A stretch of 64,000 nt of DNA from Vicugna vicugna (taxonomy: Eukaryota): the NCBI GenBank assembly GCA_013265495.1, contig MU058781.1, positions 248,001-312,000 of the forward strand, in the 5' to 3' direction. Each line of letters starts with the position of its first letter. The stretch's first letter is position 1. Shown piece by piece: positions 27,237-39,205 of the stretch. The translations under genes and the position numbers were made by a program. Below the pieces are notes generated by a model that saw only the letters and a program-made list of their open reading frames with translations, made no database searches and had not been told where the DNA came from.

Positions 27237-28957
27237 TGGGGCTGTCTGTATTTTGAGTTGCCTCTGCATAGTACCATCAACTCCTTTTGACGGAGCCAGA
27301 ACTTTTGGAGCCTACCTTGAAATGTGAGATCATGTTCCCAAGCGCACAAGTTACCAGGGTTTATTGCTGTTAGACTAATATTAGAGATTGTCTTTCCTTC
27401 TCTTTCATTTTTAAATAAAGTAACTGCAGCACAGATGAGGAAGATGAAAGGAATTACAGTAGAATCTAGTGGATTGCAATTTTTTTTTCCATTTTTCCAA
27501 ATAGGTAAGTTATCTTGTATCCAACAAATCTCCCGAAACCCCCAGGTGTGGTCTGGGGACACACAGAAAGGATGCGGTCCGTATTATCAATACTGGTGGC
27601 CAGCACTTGGAGGCCTTTAGAAGGCTGATTCATGACCATCGAGAGACCTGGGCAAAGCCAACTTAGGAGAACCCCAAGCTTGTAGGTCAACCACCTTTAG
27701 AGCTTCAAACACAGCCACCACCAGTGACAAACCATAATGGAGACGCTCTTTTCCGATCTGAGCTCAGCAGAACCCTTCCAGGTATGCGGCACATGGTTTA
27801 GTTTCGGTCACTACGAGTATACGGATCACACAGGCACTTTGCTGTGGCTCTGACGGGGTTTCCCGTTCCAACTGTGAAGATTTTCCTTCCACATCCATTT
27901 GTTTTGGTGCCATGGACCACTGAGGTCAGGTGGCTTGCCTCGTCTACTCATCAGAGCTTTCCAGCCTGTGTCAGCAAAAGCAGGAACACACCATTCCCTT
28001 GGCTCGGTTGGGAATGCCTCTCGCACCTGAGTGGCCGGCTGTGCCGAATGTGGCCTTGGTTTAATTCCTGCGTGAAGGTGGCTGTAAAGTCATTGGAGAA
28101 TTTTTGGTTTTTTCCCTTCTTTCCAGTTTACAACTGTACTTTTAACTCGGTTGCATTTACTCTAGATTTATTGCTTCCAAATGTGGCTCTTGGTATGCTA
28201 TCCTTGATTAAAATAGAAGAAATGTCTCGATTAAGAATATCTTTAGAGATGAATCGAAAAAATGCATTCAGGATTATTTTTACTGTGACTAAAGCAGTGA
28301 TAGTTACAAGGAAGATGAAAAGGCCAGGAGCCTGGGCCAGGAAACACATGCTATTGGTACAAAGTAGAAAATGTTCCTTTTTTTTTTAAATATTAAAATG
28401 AAGCTTATCTTGTCTTATTCATGGCCCAGCTCTTGAGCTGTGTACGGTTCAGTTAAGACAAAATGTACACTTATTGTTCTTTTATATATCAGTTAATAAA
28501 AAATTAAGCCCATTAGAACTATGGCATTTAGACACGAGAGAATGATATTTTTTTAATGTCACAGTCAAAACCACATCTCTTTTAATCAACATCTGCTCTC
28601 TGTTAAACCGCCTATAAAATCTGGTGCCCTGTTGACAGTAGAAGATGAAAACAAACAAACAGGAAAACTACAAAAGGCATAGAATTAACATCAAAGTAGG
28701 ATAACCCTGCTCTCCTTCTTTGGCATTTAAAAAACGTCTTTATTTTGACCCTAAACAATTGGATTTTCTCCCCACCAATCTTGATTTTGGCGCTCTGGAT
28801 TAAGACGACTTGCATGTGAAATGAAACATGAGAGTGTAGGGAATGGAGGATGAACAAGGAACACATTAAACCATTTCAATTGTAAAACCTCCTTTATTGT
28901 TTGGGACCATCAGAAAACAGTACCGCATTTGTTTGTAGATTAAACTCGGGCTCTTTA

Positions 28958-29577
28958 ACTAGGAATTAGACTTACCATATGACACAGAAATCCTGCTCCT
29001 GGCCTATATCCAGAAGGAACCCTACTTCAAAATGACACCTGCTCCCCAATGTTCATAGCAGCACTATTTACAATAGCCAAGACATGGAAACAGCCTAAAT
29101 GTCCATCAACAGATGACTGGATAAAGGAGATGTGGTATATTTATACAATGGAATACCATTCAGCCATAAAAACCAACAACAGAACACCATTTGCAGCAAG
29201 AAAGAAAAATACCATATGAGATCGCTCATATGTGGAATCTAACAAAAAAAAAACATAAATACAAAACAGAAACAGACTCATAGACATAGAATACAAACTT
29301 GTGGTTGCCAAGGGGGCGGGGGGTGGGAAGGGACAGACTGGGATTTCAAAATTTGTAGATACTGACAGGCATATGCAGAGTAGCTAAACAAGATTACATT
29401 GTATAGCACAGGGAAAGATATACAAGATCTTGTGGTAGTTCACAGCGAAAAAAAAAAGTGACAATGAATATATGTAGGTTCATGTATAACTGAAAAATTG
29501 TGCTGTACACTGGAATTTGACACAACATTGTAAAATGACTATAACTCAATAAAAAAAGTTAAAAAAATAAATATAAA
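28958..29577 (+). mobile_element. Young 5'-truncated L1 (ORF2 C-terminus + 3' UTR + A tail) with 17-bp TSD
   Basis: aatgttcatagcagcactatttacaatagccaagacatggaaacagcctaaatgtcc (MFIAALFTIAKTWKQPKCP); TSD taaactcgggctcttta at 28941-28957 and 29578-29594. Confidence 0.95.
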
Positions 29578-30351
29578 TAAACTCGGGCTCTTTAGCTGTA
29601 ATGACAGGTGCCCTATAGGAGGCAAATTGCTTCCTTATAGCCCTGAAAATAAAGTAGTTCATAGGTTTGCGAGTGTGGAGAATGAAGGAGAGATCGCTTG
29701 GATTTTCTGTGGATACTGGAGTTAGTTTAGAAGCATCATTACTTTCTTTTTTAAATTGAGAATGCGATCTGTATTTGTCTTCGTGACTAGCTCTTTTTCT
29801 ATACTGAAATGTACACTTGAAGCAAAATTAAATACTTAATAACATACTTAATACTTAATTAAACAAAAATGTACTTAAAATAAAATTACTTGAGAGCGTT
29901 GCTGATTATGGATACATCCACTCTGCAGGGATTCTGCCAATGACGAAAAATAAATATACTGGTTAATGCCTTACATGGAGTAGTTTGCTGTATATTTGCT
30001 TATCAACTTAACAGCATCTCTTATTAGCCAGATGACATGTTCTGTGCTGGGAGGGGTGAGGTACAGAGATAAACCAGTCACAGTCTCTGACCTCCTAAAA
30101 CTGGGGGGAAGAAAACAAACCCATCACTATCACAAAGACAAGAGCAGTGAACTTCCCTGCAGGATGTCCCTACTGGCCGTGAGGTGTTTGGAAGATCCTT
30201 CCTCCGAAGGGTGATATTTTACAGACGGTGGTACATTCTGCTCTTGTCATATGATTGAGGGATTCTTCTAGGATACATGGCAGGGTAAATTAGCCACTAA
30301 GGAGAATAACACATACAATTTTTTTTCATTAAAAATAAATATTTTGTTTCA

Positions 30352-30725
30352 CTTAGCAAAGTGAAATAAAGTCAGACAGGGAAAGACAAGCACTGTATGA
30401 TATTACTTACATGTGGAACCTAAAAAAATACAACAAACTAGTGACTGTAATAAAAAAGAAGTAGACTGTCTCATATAGAGAACAAGCTAGTGGTTCTTAG
30501 TGGTTCCCAGTGGCGAGAGGGAAGGGGGGAGGGGCAATATGGAGGGGGAGGTACAAACTGTTAAGTATAAAATAAGCTATAAGGATACACTGTACAACCC
30601 GGGGAATAAAGCCAATATTTTATGATAACTGCAAATGGAATACAACCTTTAAAAATTGGGAATAAACACACTGTATACTGTTAACATATAATACTGAACC
30701 TCAACTATACTTCAGTAAAAAATAA
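30352..30725 (+). mobile_element. L1 3' end (older subfamily)
   Basis: agtgaaataaagtcagacagggaaagacaagcactgtatgat ORF2 end, G-rich tract, caactatacttca plus A tail; imperfect flanking repeat aaataaatattttgttt/aaacaagtattttgttt. Confidence 0.85.
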
Positions 30726-31208
30726 AAACAAGTATTTTGTTTAAAAAATTATTTATTGACAAGTTTGCATTTTACTATCCACTGATAGGATTTTATTCAA
30801 CTGTCTGTATTTGCCAGCGTTCACTATAACCTCCGGTGGAAGACCGGATCACAAAATCCTAAGACAATTCGGTCTCCCTTCTTGACTTCATCGAAGTCTC
30901 TTTCGTAAAGACTTCTCTAGATGGGCCGCAGGAAGGCTGTGGTGAACTCGGGTTTTTGGTATCTTTTCTGTTCAGAGAAATCCAAGAAAGCTTCCTGGAG
31001 GAGGGCTGGAGGGGGTGGTCCATTAAAAATACGGGCAGGAGCACAGGTTTCAGACGCCTCTCCCAGGTCCTTTTCTCCTTTCCTTCATTTCCTTTCTTGT
31101 GCTGAAATGAGATGAACCCAGTGACATGATTCAGGATTTCCTATCGTAAGCGGGGATTTGAGACAGGCCGTGGAAGAGGAGAATTTTCGAGGCTTGGCGC
31201 TGTGGTCA

Positions 31209-31268
31209 GGAAAAGCAGAGGAGGATGGAAAAGCAGAGAAGGATGGAAAAGCAGAGGAGGATGGAAAC
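31209..31268. repeat. 18-bp tandem repeat, 3.3 copies (ggaaaagcagagRaggat)
   Basis: Units at 31209, 31227 and 31245, partial unit at 31263. Confidence 0.92.
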
Positions 31269-31289
31269 GCTCTGTGCGTCGTAGGAAAC

Positions 31290-31600
31290 AGGAACGGGCG
31301 GCGCAGCGCGCGAGCGGAAGGTCCCGGCGTTGGGTTCCTTTACGCACGCACTTCTTGGATTTCACCCTTGAGCTGGGTCACGAATGGACCAGTCACGTAA
31401 TATAACTAATTCTCCCTGATTGGTTCGGGGTGTCCAGCTTAGGGCCGATGTGAGGCGAGATCTGATGCTCTCGGAACAGGGACTACCGGAGGAGCAGAAG
31501 GCGGGCCGAGCATCCCCCAGGCTGAGCCGGCCCTGGTGCGGGACCTATAAAAGGCACCGGCTCAGAGCTGTAGCTGCAACTGAACTAACCTCACCAGGCG
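31290..31600 (+). promoter_or_regulatory. Candidate RNA Pol II promoter (CpG-rich, CCAAT + GC box + TATA)
   Basis: Local CpG enrichment; GTCACGTAAT (CRE/E-box-like) 31392-31401; inverted CCAAT/Y-box CTGATTGGTT 31416-31425; AGGCGGG ~31499; TATAAAAG 31546-31553; CA dinucleotide at 31577-31578, ~31 nt downstream of the TATA; followed by a GTAAGA donor at 31749. Confidence 0.6.
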
Positions 31601-31748
31601 TTTTGGATCTTTCAGCTACTTTTTAAAAATCTCTGACCTCTAAGCTTACTGACCTGGCGTGCACGGGCGTCGGGCTTGTGTCTGCACTGACGTTGCCCGA
31701 GGAGGCCAGCTCTGAGGACCACCCACCCACCCGGAAGGATGCTTCTTT
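31577..31748 (+). other. Candidate first exon; ATG at 31739 (A at -3), phase-1 donor
   Basis: Starts at the TATA-predicted TSS and ends TTT|GTAAGA; ATG CTT CTT T immediately precedes the donor. Confidence 0.4.
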
Positions 31749-33014
31749 GTAAGATCTTTCTTTTTCGTGTAAAGCTCCAAGTTTGAAACCAGAAGAGATT
31801 ATTTTACTGCAGTGTTTTTTTATCATCATAAAAGAAGAATGTAGTCCTGTTAAGACTACTCTATAGCTCTGAAGATAAAGACGTAGGTAAAACTAAATCT
31901 GTAGATAGGAGGACCTAATGGTGAAAGCTGGCCAAGCTGTCTTAACCTTTTCACGTCCGTATAAAATATAAATACTCCCCAGCTATTCTGAAAGTTATTC
32001 AGATTATGCAGCTCCTCAGGAGTAATGTTTCAGGACTACTTGAAATAAGCTTGAATAACAAAAATCCCATGGTGAAAAAGAACCACCAATTTCTCACTCA
32101 TAAAACCAATTTAATCTTTAAAAGAGTCTTTCTCTTCTCTTGTTTCTCTCGCCTGCCTGCCTGAATTCCCATCTGTGCCTCTTTCTCTTTATTTTTTCCC
32201 CTTTTTCTTTGTTCTCATTAATTAAGCAATAGCTGTTGGGTAGCTACAGAGCATAGCAAATCTAGCTTCACAGTTCATACTAAGGAGATATAAACAGTAT
32301 CAGTTTGTATAGGTGACTGTTACAAAGTAAAATGCTATACTGATGCATTGTACGTTGAGTGAGACAGAATGTAATTCCTAAATTATATTTAGGAATTTCT
32401 TCTCATTTCTGTCTCTCTCTCTGTATCTGTATATGTATATCTATACCCATCTAGCTAGCTAGTTATTTATCTCTCTGTCTGTATCCACATATACATATAT
32501 ACGCATAGTATGTGAGATTATAGCATTCAATAGGTAAGAATACTCAAAGAGTTCTTCCCACTTAATGGAGCTAGAATAAGCCCCTGTCTAAGGTAATCTA
32601 TTTCCCTTCACGCTATTTAAAAATAAAACGAGGTACATTTTTACATTATGCAAGCAAAGGCAACATTCAGCTGGGTGTTTAACATTCAGAGGGGATTTCC
32701 GTGATCCGCCCCTTCCCCGCCACCCCTGCCCTCTCTCTGCAGTACAAGAAAACATGGTTATTTACCCCAGGACACAGGTGACTGAACTTATAAAAATCAC
32801 TGCAAGACAAGATGTATTGAGGCCTGGCGCGGAATGACAAATTCTGGTGAGGTTCACCAAGAAGAGACATATTGATTCTTAAATGATTAATAAGGAGAAT
32901 ATAATTGTATTTCATTAAGATGGATGGGATTTCATTTAGTCTGTCTTCTCCCTTTCCACTTCAGATGCGAGAGGAAATCAAGTCATCGTCAATGGCGCCT
33001 CGCGTTAGCCTGCC

Positions 33015-33143
33015 ATGGCAACAAGCTCACTGATTGAGTCAAAGAACTTTCAGATGCACGAGCTGGTCTTTAAGGGGCTGCTGAAAGCACAGATAACCCG
33101 GCCAAGGGAGCCGACTGAGTCAAAGAAGGAATGGAAATTCACG
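33015..33143 (+). CDS. Candidate coding part of exon 2 (exon 32965-33143) of an unrecognised small protein: MATSSLIESKNFQMHELVFKGLLKAQITRPREPTESKKEWKFT
   Basis: Strong acceptor ctgtcttctccctttccacttcag|32965; strong Kozak GCCATGG at 33012-33018; frame open to the phase-0 donor ACG|GTAAGA at 33144. No homology recognised. Confidence 0.33.
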
Positions 33144-33574
33144 GTAAGATTTCTCAATGGTTCCTAACCGAGGTAAGCCCTTTTGGGGACCTAAGCCTGG
33201 AGTACAAAGCGATACCTCCCTCGTTCATTCTGGAGGGAGGAGGATTGCCCTGGCTTTGCAGAACACTTCTCACTACGACTTTACTCTAGTAAGTGACACT
33301 GATGTGATCATAACAGTTAAGATATTTTGTATATCCCGGGCAGCTTTTTTTTTTTTTTTGCATAATCTCAATTGTTTTTCTAACCAGCCCCCAATGCTGT
33401 GTACTGTTCATACCACCCTTTTGCCAATGAGAATGTTGAGGTTCAGAGTGACTTCCATCTAAAAAGGATCCGATTCAGCCTTGAACTCATTATACCCTGA
33501 TCCTGTTTTGAAAGTGACTCTTAGCTTTCTTGCAAGGCCTTTTTGTCTATAGAGAAAACAATCTAAGGGCAGCC

Positions 33575-33790
33575 ACAGAGTGGTTAATGTGTGTACTTTG
33601 GAGCCAGATTCTCTGGGACAAAGGCCAGCTCCACCACTTAATAGCTATGTAAACTGGTGAGTTATTTAACCTACTATGCCTCTGTTTCCTTCTCTGTACA
33701 ATGGGGTTGTTGTGCGGCTTGAATAAATTAAGAGACGTAAAGTGCTGTGAAGGCACTGTCTCCATGGAGCCCAGTGAGCACGCAAGATGC
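33575..33790 (+). mobile_element. MIR SINE
   Basis: agtggttaatgtgtgtactttggagccaga...agttatttaacctactatgcctctgtttccttctctgtacaatgggg. Confidence 0.8.
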
Positions 33791-36199
33791 ACTGGGTTTG
33801 GGTTCTGCTCGGTGGCAACGGCAGATACCCAAGAGGACGAGGTCCCCTGCGACAGCACATTCCAAGCCTAGCTCTCGCTGTTGCAAAGCGAGTTCTGAGA
33901 CCAAGTTCAACTTCAGTGCGCGGAGGAAATACATTCTGCCCGTTTACAGGCGGGACGTTGAGAGTATTTGCTGAATAATAATTTAAACTATCCGACTGCT
34001 TAGCTGTTACAGGACTCGCTATTGTCTTCTATGAAAGAAAAATTTAAAAATAGTAAGTATCACAGCATGTTGTGACAGATATGGGAACCAGTACACCCCT
34101 CAGCTCAGGGCCTTGGCCGTGTAAAGTGCGCCACAAATGTTAGCTATCACCGAGACTATGGCTGTTACGAAGGCAGCCCAGTAATAATAGTAACAGGAAA
34201 ATAGAAAAATCTAGCTAATCCCAATTCTGTTTAATAAGAGAATTACTCCATGGAACCTCCGTGGTTTCCAATTTTCAGAGAATTAGCCTGTAATAAAACA
34301 CCTTTTGTGATAAAACTGAACTGAATATATTAGGATAATCTGATGATGCAGAAGGTGTTTTAAATTCCTCAATGATCATTGTACGGCACACATTCAAAAG
34401 TATAACCTGGAGATATTCAATAGGTAAAATGCTGACCTCAGCCAGCTGATACTGGAAACAGACAGGGTTTCACGTTCTCTGAAAGAATAGGGTAATAATA
34501 AATAGAGGAGATTTTTTTTTAAAGAAATCATTAAGCAGCATAAAAATAGTGACTATGATTTTAAAGAGAATAAAGGCGTTGAAAGTGAGACAAAAATAAT
34601 ACGAAGTCCGTGGAGGGCTTTTTCTTGGAGGAGAACAAGCTGTTAGGATAAATGGTTCCAGTTTGAGTTGAAGCCAAGGAACCCTTTGCAGTTCTGTGCG
34701 ATACTCTCTGTGGGTCAGTGCTCTGAACGTCCTCACATCCAGAGGTAAAATCTGTTAGTCCACGGGAGCACGCGTGATTCCAGCTTTTGCTTGATTTACA
34801 AATTCTCTGGGAGAAACCAGCCCCTCTTCCTGAGGCCCTGGGATGGTGGAGGAGAAAGAGGCAGAGGAGATGGGCGTTCTAAAACCAGGACCCTGAAGAC
34901 TGGGGGAAGGGGCTCTTCAGTGTTCACCGTGGCCAGGCATCCCTGCTGGTGTCTTGAGGAACTCGAGTCACTCACTGGACCAGCGACTGCGCACTGCCCT
35001 CCCTCCCAAGAGGGAGTGCCTGACACCGAGTGTTTATGAAAGAATGAAAGATGAGTCTGTGTTCAAGTGCCTGGCAAGACAAAGGCAAAAGAAGGCATTC
35101 ACTGTGAGCTCTGCGTGCCTATGTTTGGAAGAGGCGTTCATTCATCGGGTGAGAGGAAACTGCTCACCGAAGGAAATTTGCACCAGCATGAAATGCAAGC
35201 CACGCAAACCGGGGCTGAGCCTCACTGAGGAAGATGCCCTCACACTGCTGGCAGTTTAGAACCCACTTGGGCAGTGGAATGAGGCTTGTCCCAAACTTCA
35301 GGGCAAATTTATATTAGGCAACAGAGAGTGCACTTTCTAATAAAAATAAAATAAAGCTTAAATGGCACAGGCGTCTACTTCGATTTCAAATGGTTTCCAT
35401 GAAGTAACATTTTGATGATTTAAATGGAAATGAATCAGAACATATAGATTAAATTTCCTTGCAAAACACATTGGCTTTTGTATATTTTTTATTAAATTTT
35501 CATTTCCAATATCAAAGTAGGCTCCAGAAAAAAAAATTAAAAAGGAAGGGAGGGTAACAGAAACATGTATTCAGCTCTGAGCTTGATGTTGTTTCATAGT
35601 ATTTTCAGTAAATAAGAGACATTGAAAAAAATTGAGCTGGTATGAAGGCTTGTTGTGCAACACATACTGGAGCCTTTGTCCTTGGAAACAAGAAGAGTCT
35701 GAAATGTAGCAGCAAAAAAAAAAAACCCCAGCAAAAACACTGATTAAAATATCAAATTTCACAAATGACCTTCCTCATTAAACAAACATACTTTCAAGAC
35801 ATTCCCTCATGTAGTGGCATTTTTTAATCCTATCTGCATGATAGGTTCAGATGTAATTCAATATGAAACCAGGTTTTGAGGTATAAAATGGATATGAGGC
35901 TTACCAGAGGAATTTTCCTGATAAATTAATAATCATCAAAAGACATTCAAAAGAGAGGCTCATGAAAAGAAATAGAGATGTGCCAGCATCGTCAATATTA
36001 ACAAATACCAACTCCATTAAGGAGCACTGTGCACTCTCTTGTTTCATCCTCACAGTGATCACATCATGTTATTCACTATTATCTCTGTTTCACAGAAGTG
36101 GAAACTTAGGGCTATGGAGGTGAAGCAGTTTGCCCACGTTAGGATTTGGCAGGGAGCCGACTGCCTAATTCCCATCTTGTTCTCTGACCCACCCACCAC

Positions 36200-37870
36200 A
36201 CTGCCCCTCTTTCTTGATTTAGTCACTCTGGGCAGAGAGCAAGCTCTGGTAGCTTCTTCAGGAAGACGGTGTGGAAGGTCCGTTACTGAGCCTTCTGTGC
36301 ATGAAAATAACTTTTCTTTGCCCCACACCTGGTGGATAGTTGTCCTGGGTATAGAGTTCTAAAATGGAAACTTCTGCTTCAGAATTTTTGAAGTGCTGCG
36401 TTTGATTGTTTCCTAGTTTCTGTATTGCCATCATGAGGAGTCCCAGGCTATTCTGATTTCTGATCTTCTTTGGGTGATTTTATTCTCTCCTCTCTGGAAG
36501 TTTTTGGTATTTTGTTTTACCCCATTGTTACCACAATGTCATGGTAATACATCAAATCATTTATTCTTTTATATTTTTTATCCTGGGGCCTTTGTGGACT
36601 TTTGAACTGGAAAATCTGTGCCATTCACTTCTGGAAAATATTATTTATTTTGTTGGTAACTTTTTCCTTCCATGTTTTTTCTGTTCTATATATTCAGAAG
36701 CTTTATTTTTTGAGGAACTGGATTTTCTGAGCTGGTTCTCTAATATTCTTGTCTTTTATTCTCCTATTTTCCATCACTTCGTCTGTTTTTTCTATGTGGT
36801 AGAAATTCTTTAACTATCTTGACTCTTTTATTGAATTCTTTCTTTTGACTACTTTTCATATAGACATGCAAAGTTTGTGAAAGCTTTTTTTGTTTGTTTG
36901 TTTGTTTGTTTGCTTGTTTGTTCATTGTCCCTTTTTAATAGTGTTCTGTTCTTGTTTCCTAGTTGCCATATATTTTTTGAAGCTTCCTGAAGATATTAAC
37001 ACTAGCTTTCAAGAGGAGGATTTTCTTTTGCTTGCAAAATCTCAGTTTCCTCCAAGTTTTAGTTTCCCTGTTTGCATGTCTCCAACTTTTATGTCAGTAG
37101 CTTTCCTCTAAAATCTGTTAAAAATAATTATTTTATTGTATTTAAAATGAGGATTAATTTGAAAACTATGATCATATGGGTAGAACTTGTCACCTCTGAG
37201 ACCCACTCTCCTGGGATCTCAGATTCCCTAGTGAAGCCTCCAGCCTGGATGAGAAAGGCCTGGCTACTCGTCTGTCAGGCTGGAGTCTGCAACTCCAGAG
37301 TGCACACGCTCTTGTTTCACTCCAAGTTTTCTGCTGTGAACTATCAACTGTGCAACCAACTGTGTCTTAGTCATCTAAACAGGGAAACTACTTCATTCTC
37401 TCCAAAGAATAGATCTCCAGTGTTCTACTGGACTGAGGGGACATAGAGAAGTCTAAAAAAATTTTGTCAAAAGAGTAGTGTTTGGGGCTGGGACTGCTCC
37501 ATCAGTAATGTTGAGTCATTTCTTCTTATTTTAGAACCATCTCTAGCCTCATTTTCAGAGGTACTTGGCACCCAAAACCCCTGAAACGTTTGGATGTCCT
37601 AAATTGGAAATGTTATTAGTGCTTGTTTTCCTCTTTGCTGGCTCAGGATTCAGCTCCGTCAAATTACCCATCATATCATCTCATCACCTGCTTTCTGGCT
37701 TCCTTTTTTTCCCCCTCTCTTGGGTCTCTCTGATTCTTTCTGTCCTTTCAAAAAATAATACCTTTAGTATAATTGTAGTGGGGGTTCATGAGAGGGCAGA
37801 ATTAAATGTGTATGTTCAATCACTCACCTTTAACTGTAAGCCTGTGAATGTGTTTATTTCTTCTTACAGT
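36200..37870 (-). mobile_element. Highly decayed L1M/HAL1-like segment
   Basis: Long T-rich strand bias with motifs such as ctgggtatagagttcta and attctgatttctgatc; boundaries approximate. Confidence 0.5.
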
Positions 37871-39052
37871 TAAATAATTCTTGAAGACAGTGAGGATGCC
37901 CCCTTTTTGTATTAATGTATCTGTCACAGCTTTAAAAATAGAGATGTGTACATTGTAAGTACATCAATAAATGCTGAATGTGTTGAGTTAAATTCTATAA
38001 ATATTCAGAGCCTCAGTCTAGAATAGTTTAAATACGTTTGGCCAATGAGAAAATAAAGTAATGAATTGAATGAAGTAAAATAAAATTCCTCAAGATACTA
38101 CATGTATCTCTTTGATACATACTGTTTTGTATCAATGAGCACCTAAACTACTACAAGAGGAAAGTCTGATTAAGATAATAGATGATTGAAAATTTTCTTT
38201 TAAATAAATGGCCTTTTTCAAAATAATCAACTATTTTTTTTGTTAAATTAGTAATTCTCAGGGTTTTGTAACAATGTAAGTAAAAAAGAGAATAACCTTT
38301 AACATTCACTGTTGTACTTTGAGACTATTTATTTATGGCGCTCCTTTGTGGATTAACATCTTGCATAGTAATTATCGATTTACACACCAATTGCTCATTA
38401 ATCTTTGAGCTTTTTAGATAAGTAATCACCTCTTACTTATATCTTATTCCTATCGCTTTGTATACACCCTTTTGCTGATTGAACGAGTTGGTGCATATAT
38501 GCAATTAGTCTTAGGTCACTAATGCCGTGCTTTTCCATGGTAACTGGGTGACTTTCACAAAGAGCTTAAGATATACTTAGTTCTGTTACAGAAACCACAC
38601 AGAGAAGGACCCCAAAGCAGCACATTTAAAAGGACTGAATACCTAGGAAAAGCCCCAGTTCAAGAATACTGTTGAGCAAGTTATGATAATCTTTCTATAA
38701 TAAGACTTCCCCAGTTTCCTGAGATTAGGAAGGACCCCAGCGATCAGATATCTTCGTTTACTCCCTTGTTGCCTTCGAAACAGAAGTAGGACAAAGCGCA
38801 AAGAAATGATCGATGTTGTCAATTTTCAATGTCCTTGTATTTTTAGAACATTTTTCTCATCTATATAAGAAAACAGTTGTACTGTATGTGTAAACGTTTA
38901 AAATATTCAAAACTGTACTTTGAAATAAGTATTTTTTTATCTCCCTAGAGATGCTTTCATTCCTAAATCTGTAAGTGAGAAAAGATAGGTAAAAACATAT
39001 GATGTGCCCTTAAAAAGGAGACTCAACATAGTTTCTCTTTCACATTTTTTAG

Positions 39053-39205
39053 GTAAAGCTTGAAGATGGAACTTACCTACTTTCATATGTGTTCACAAGT
39101 TGCTTTAATGCCCAGGAAAATGATGATGCTTTATCAGTAGGAAGGATCCAGTCTTCACTGAGAACAGTTAAAATCTTTAAAAACATACTTATTCTTAAAA
39201 TGTAA
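39053..39205 (+). CDS. Candidate exon 3: VKLEDGTYLLSYVFTSCFNAQENDDALSVGRIQSSLRTVKIFKNILILKM*
   Basis: Acceptor gtttctctttcacattttttag|39053; phase-0 frame open for 50 codons in AT-rich DNA; ends at TAA 39203-39205, or at an alternative donor AT|GTAAGG at 39202. ATTAAA at ~39493. Confidence 0.25.
   Translation, partial: VKLEDGTYLLSYVFTSCFNAQENDDALSVGRIQSSLRTVKIFKNILILKM

Noticed and set aside
27844..28389. Longest ORF in the track (181 aa)
   Set aside because: Non-ATG start, no recognisable domain, composition typical of random non-coding DNA.
29825..29892. Repeated TACTTAA units
   Set aside because: AT-rich low-complexity slippage with no regular spacers; not CRISPR-like, and the DNA is eukaryotic.
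31382..31425. CRE-like/Y-box spacing reminiscent of the MHC class II X2-Y module
   Set aside because: No credible RFX X1 box upstream and no MHC coding sequence; better treated as a generic NF-Y composite.
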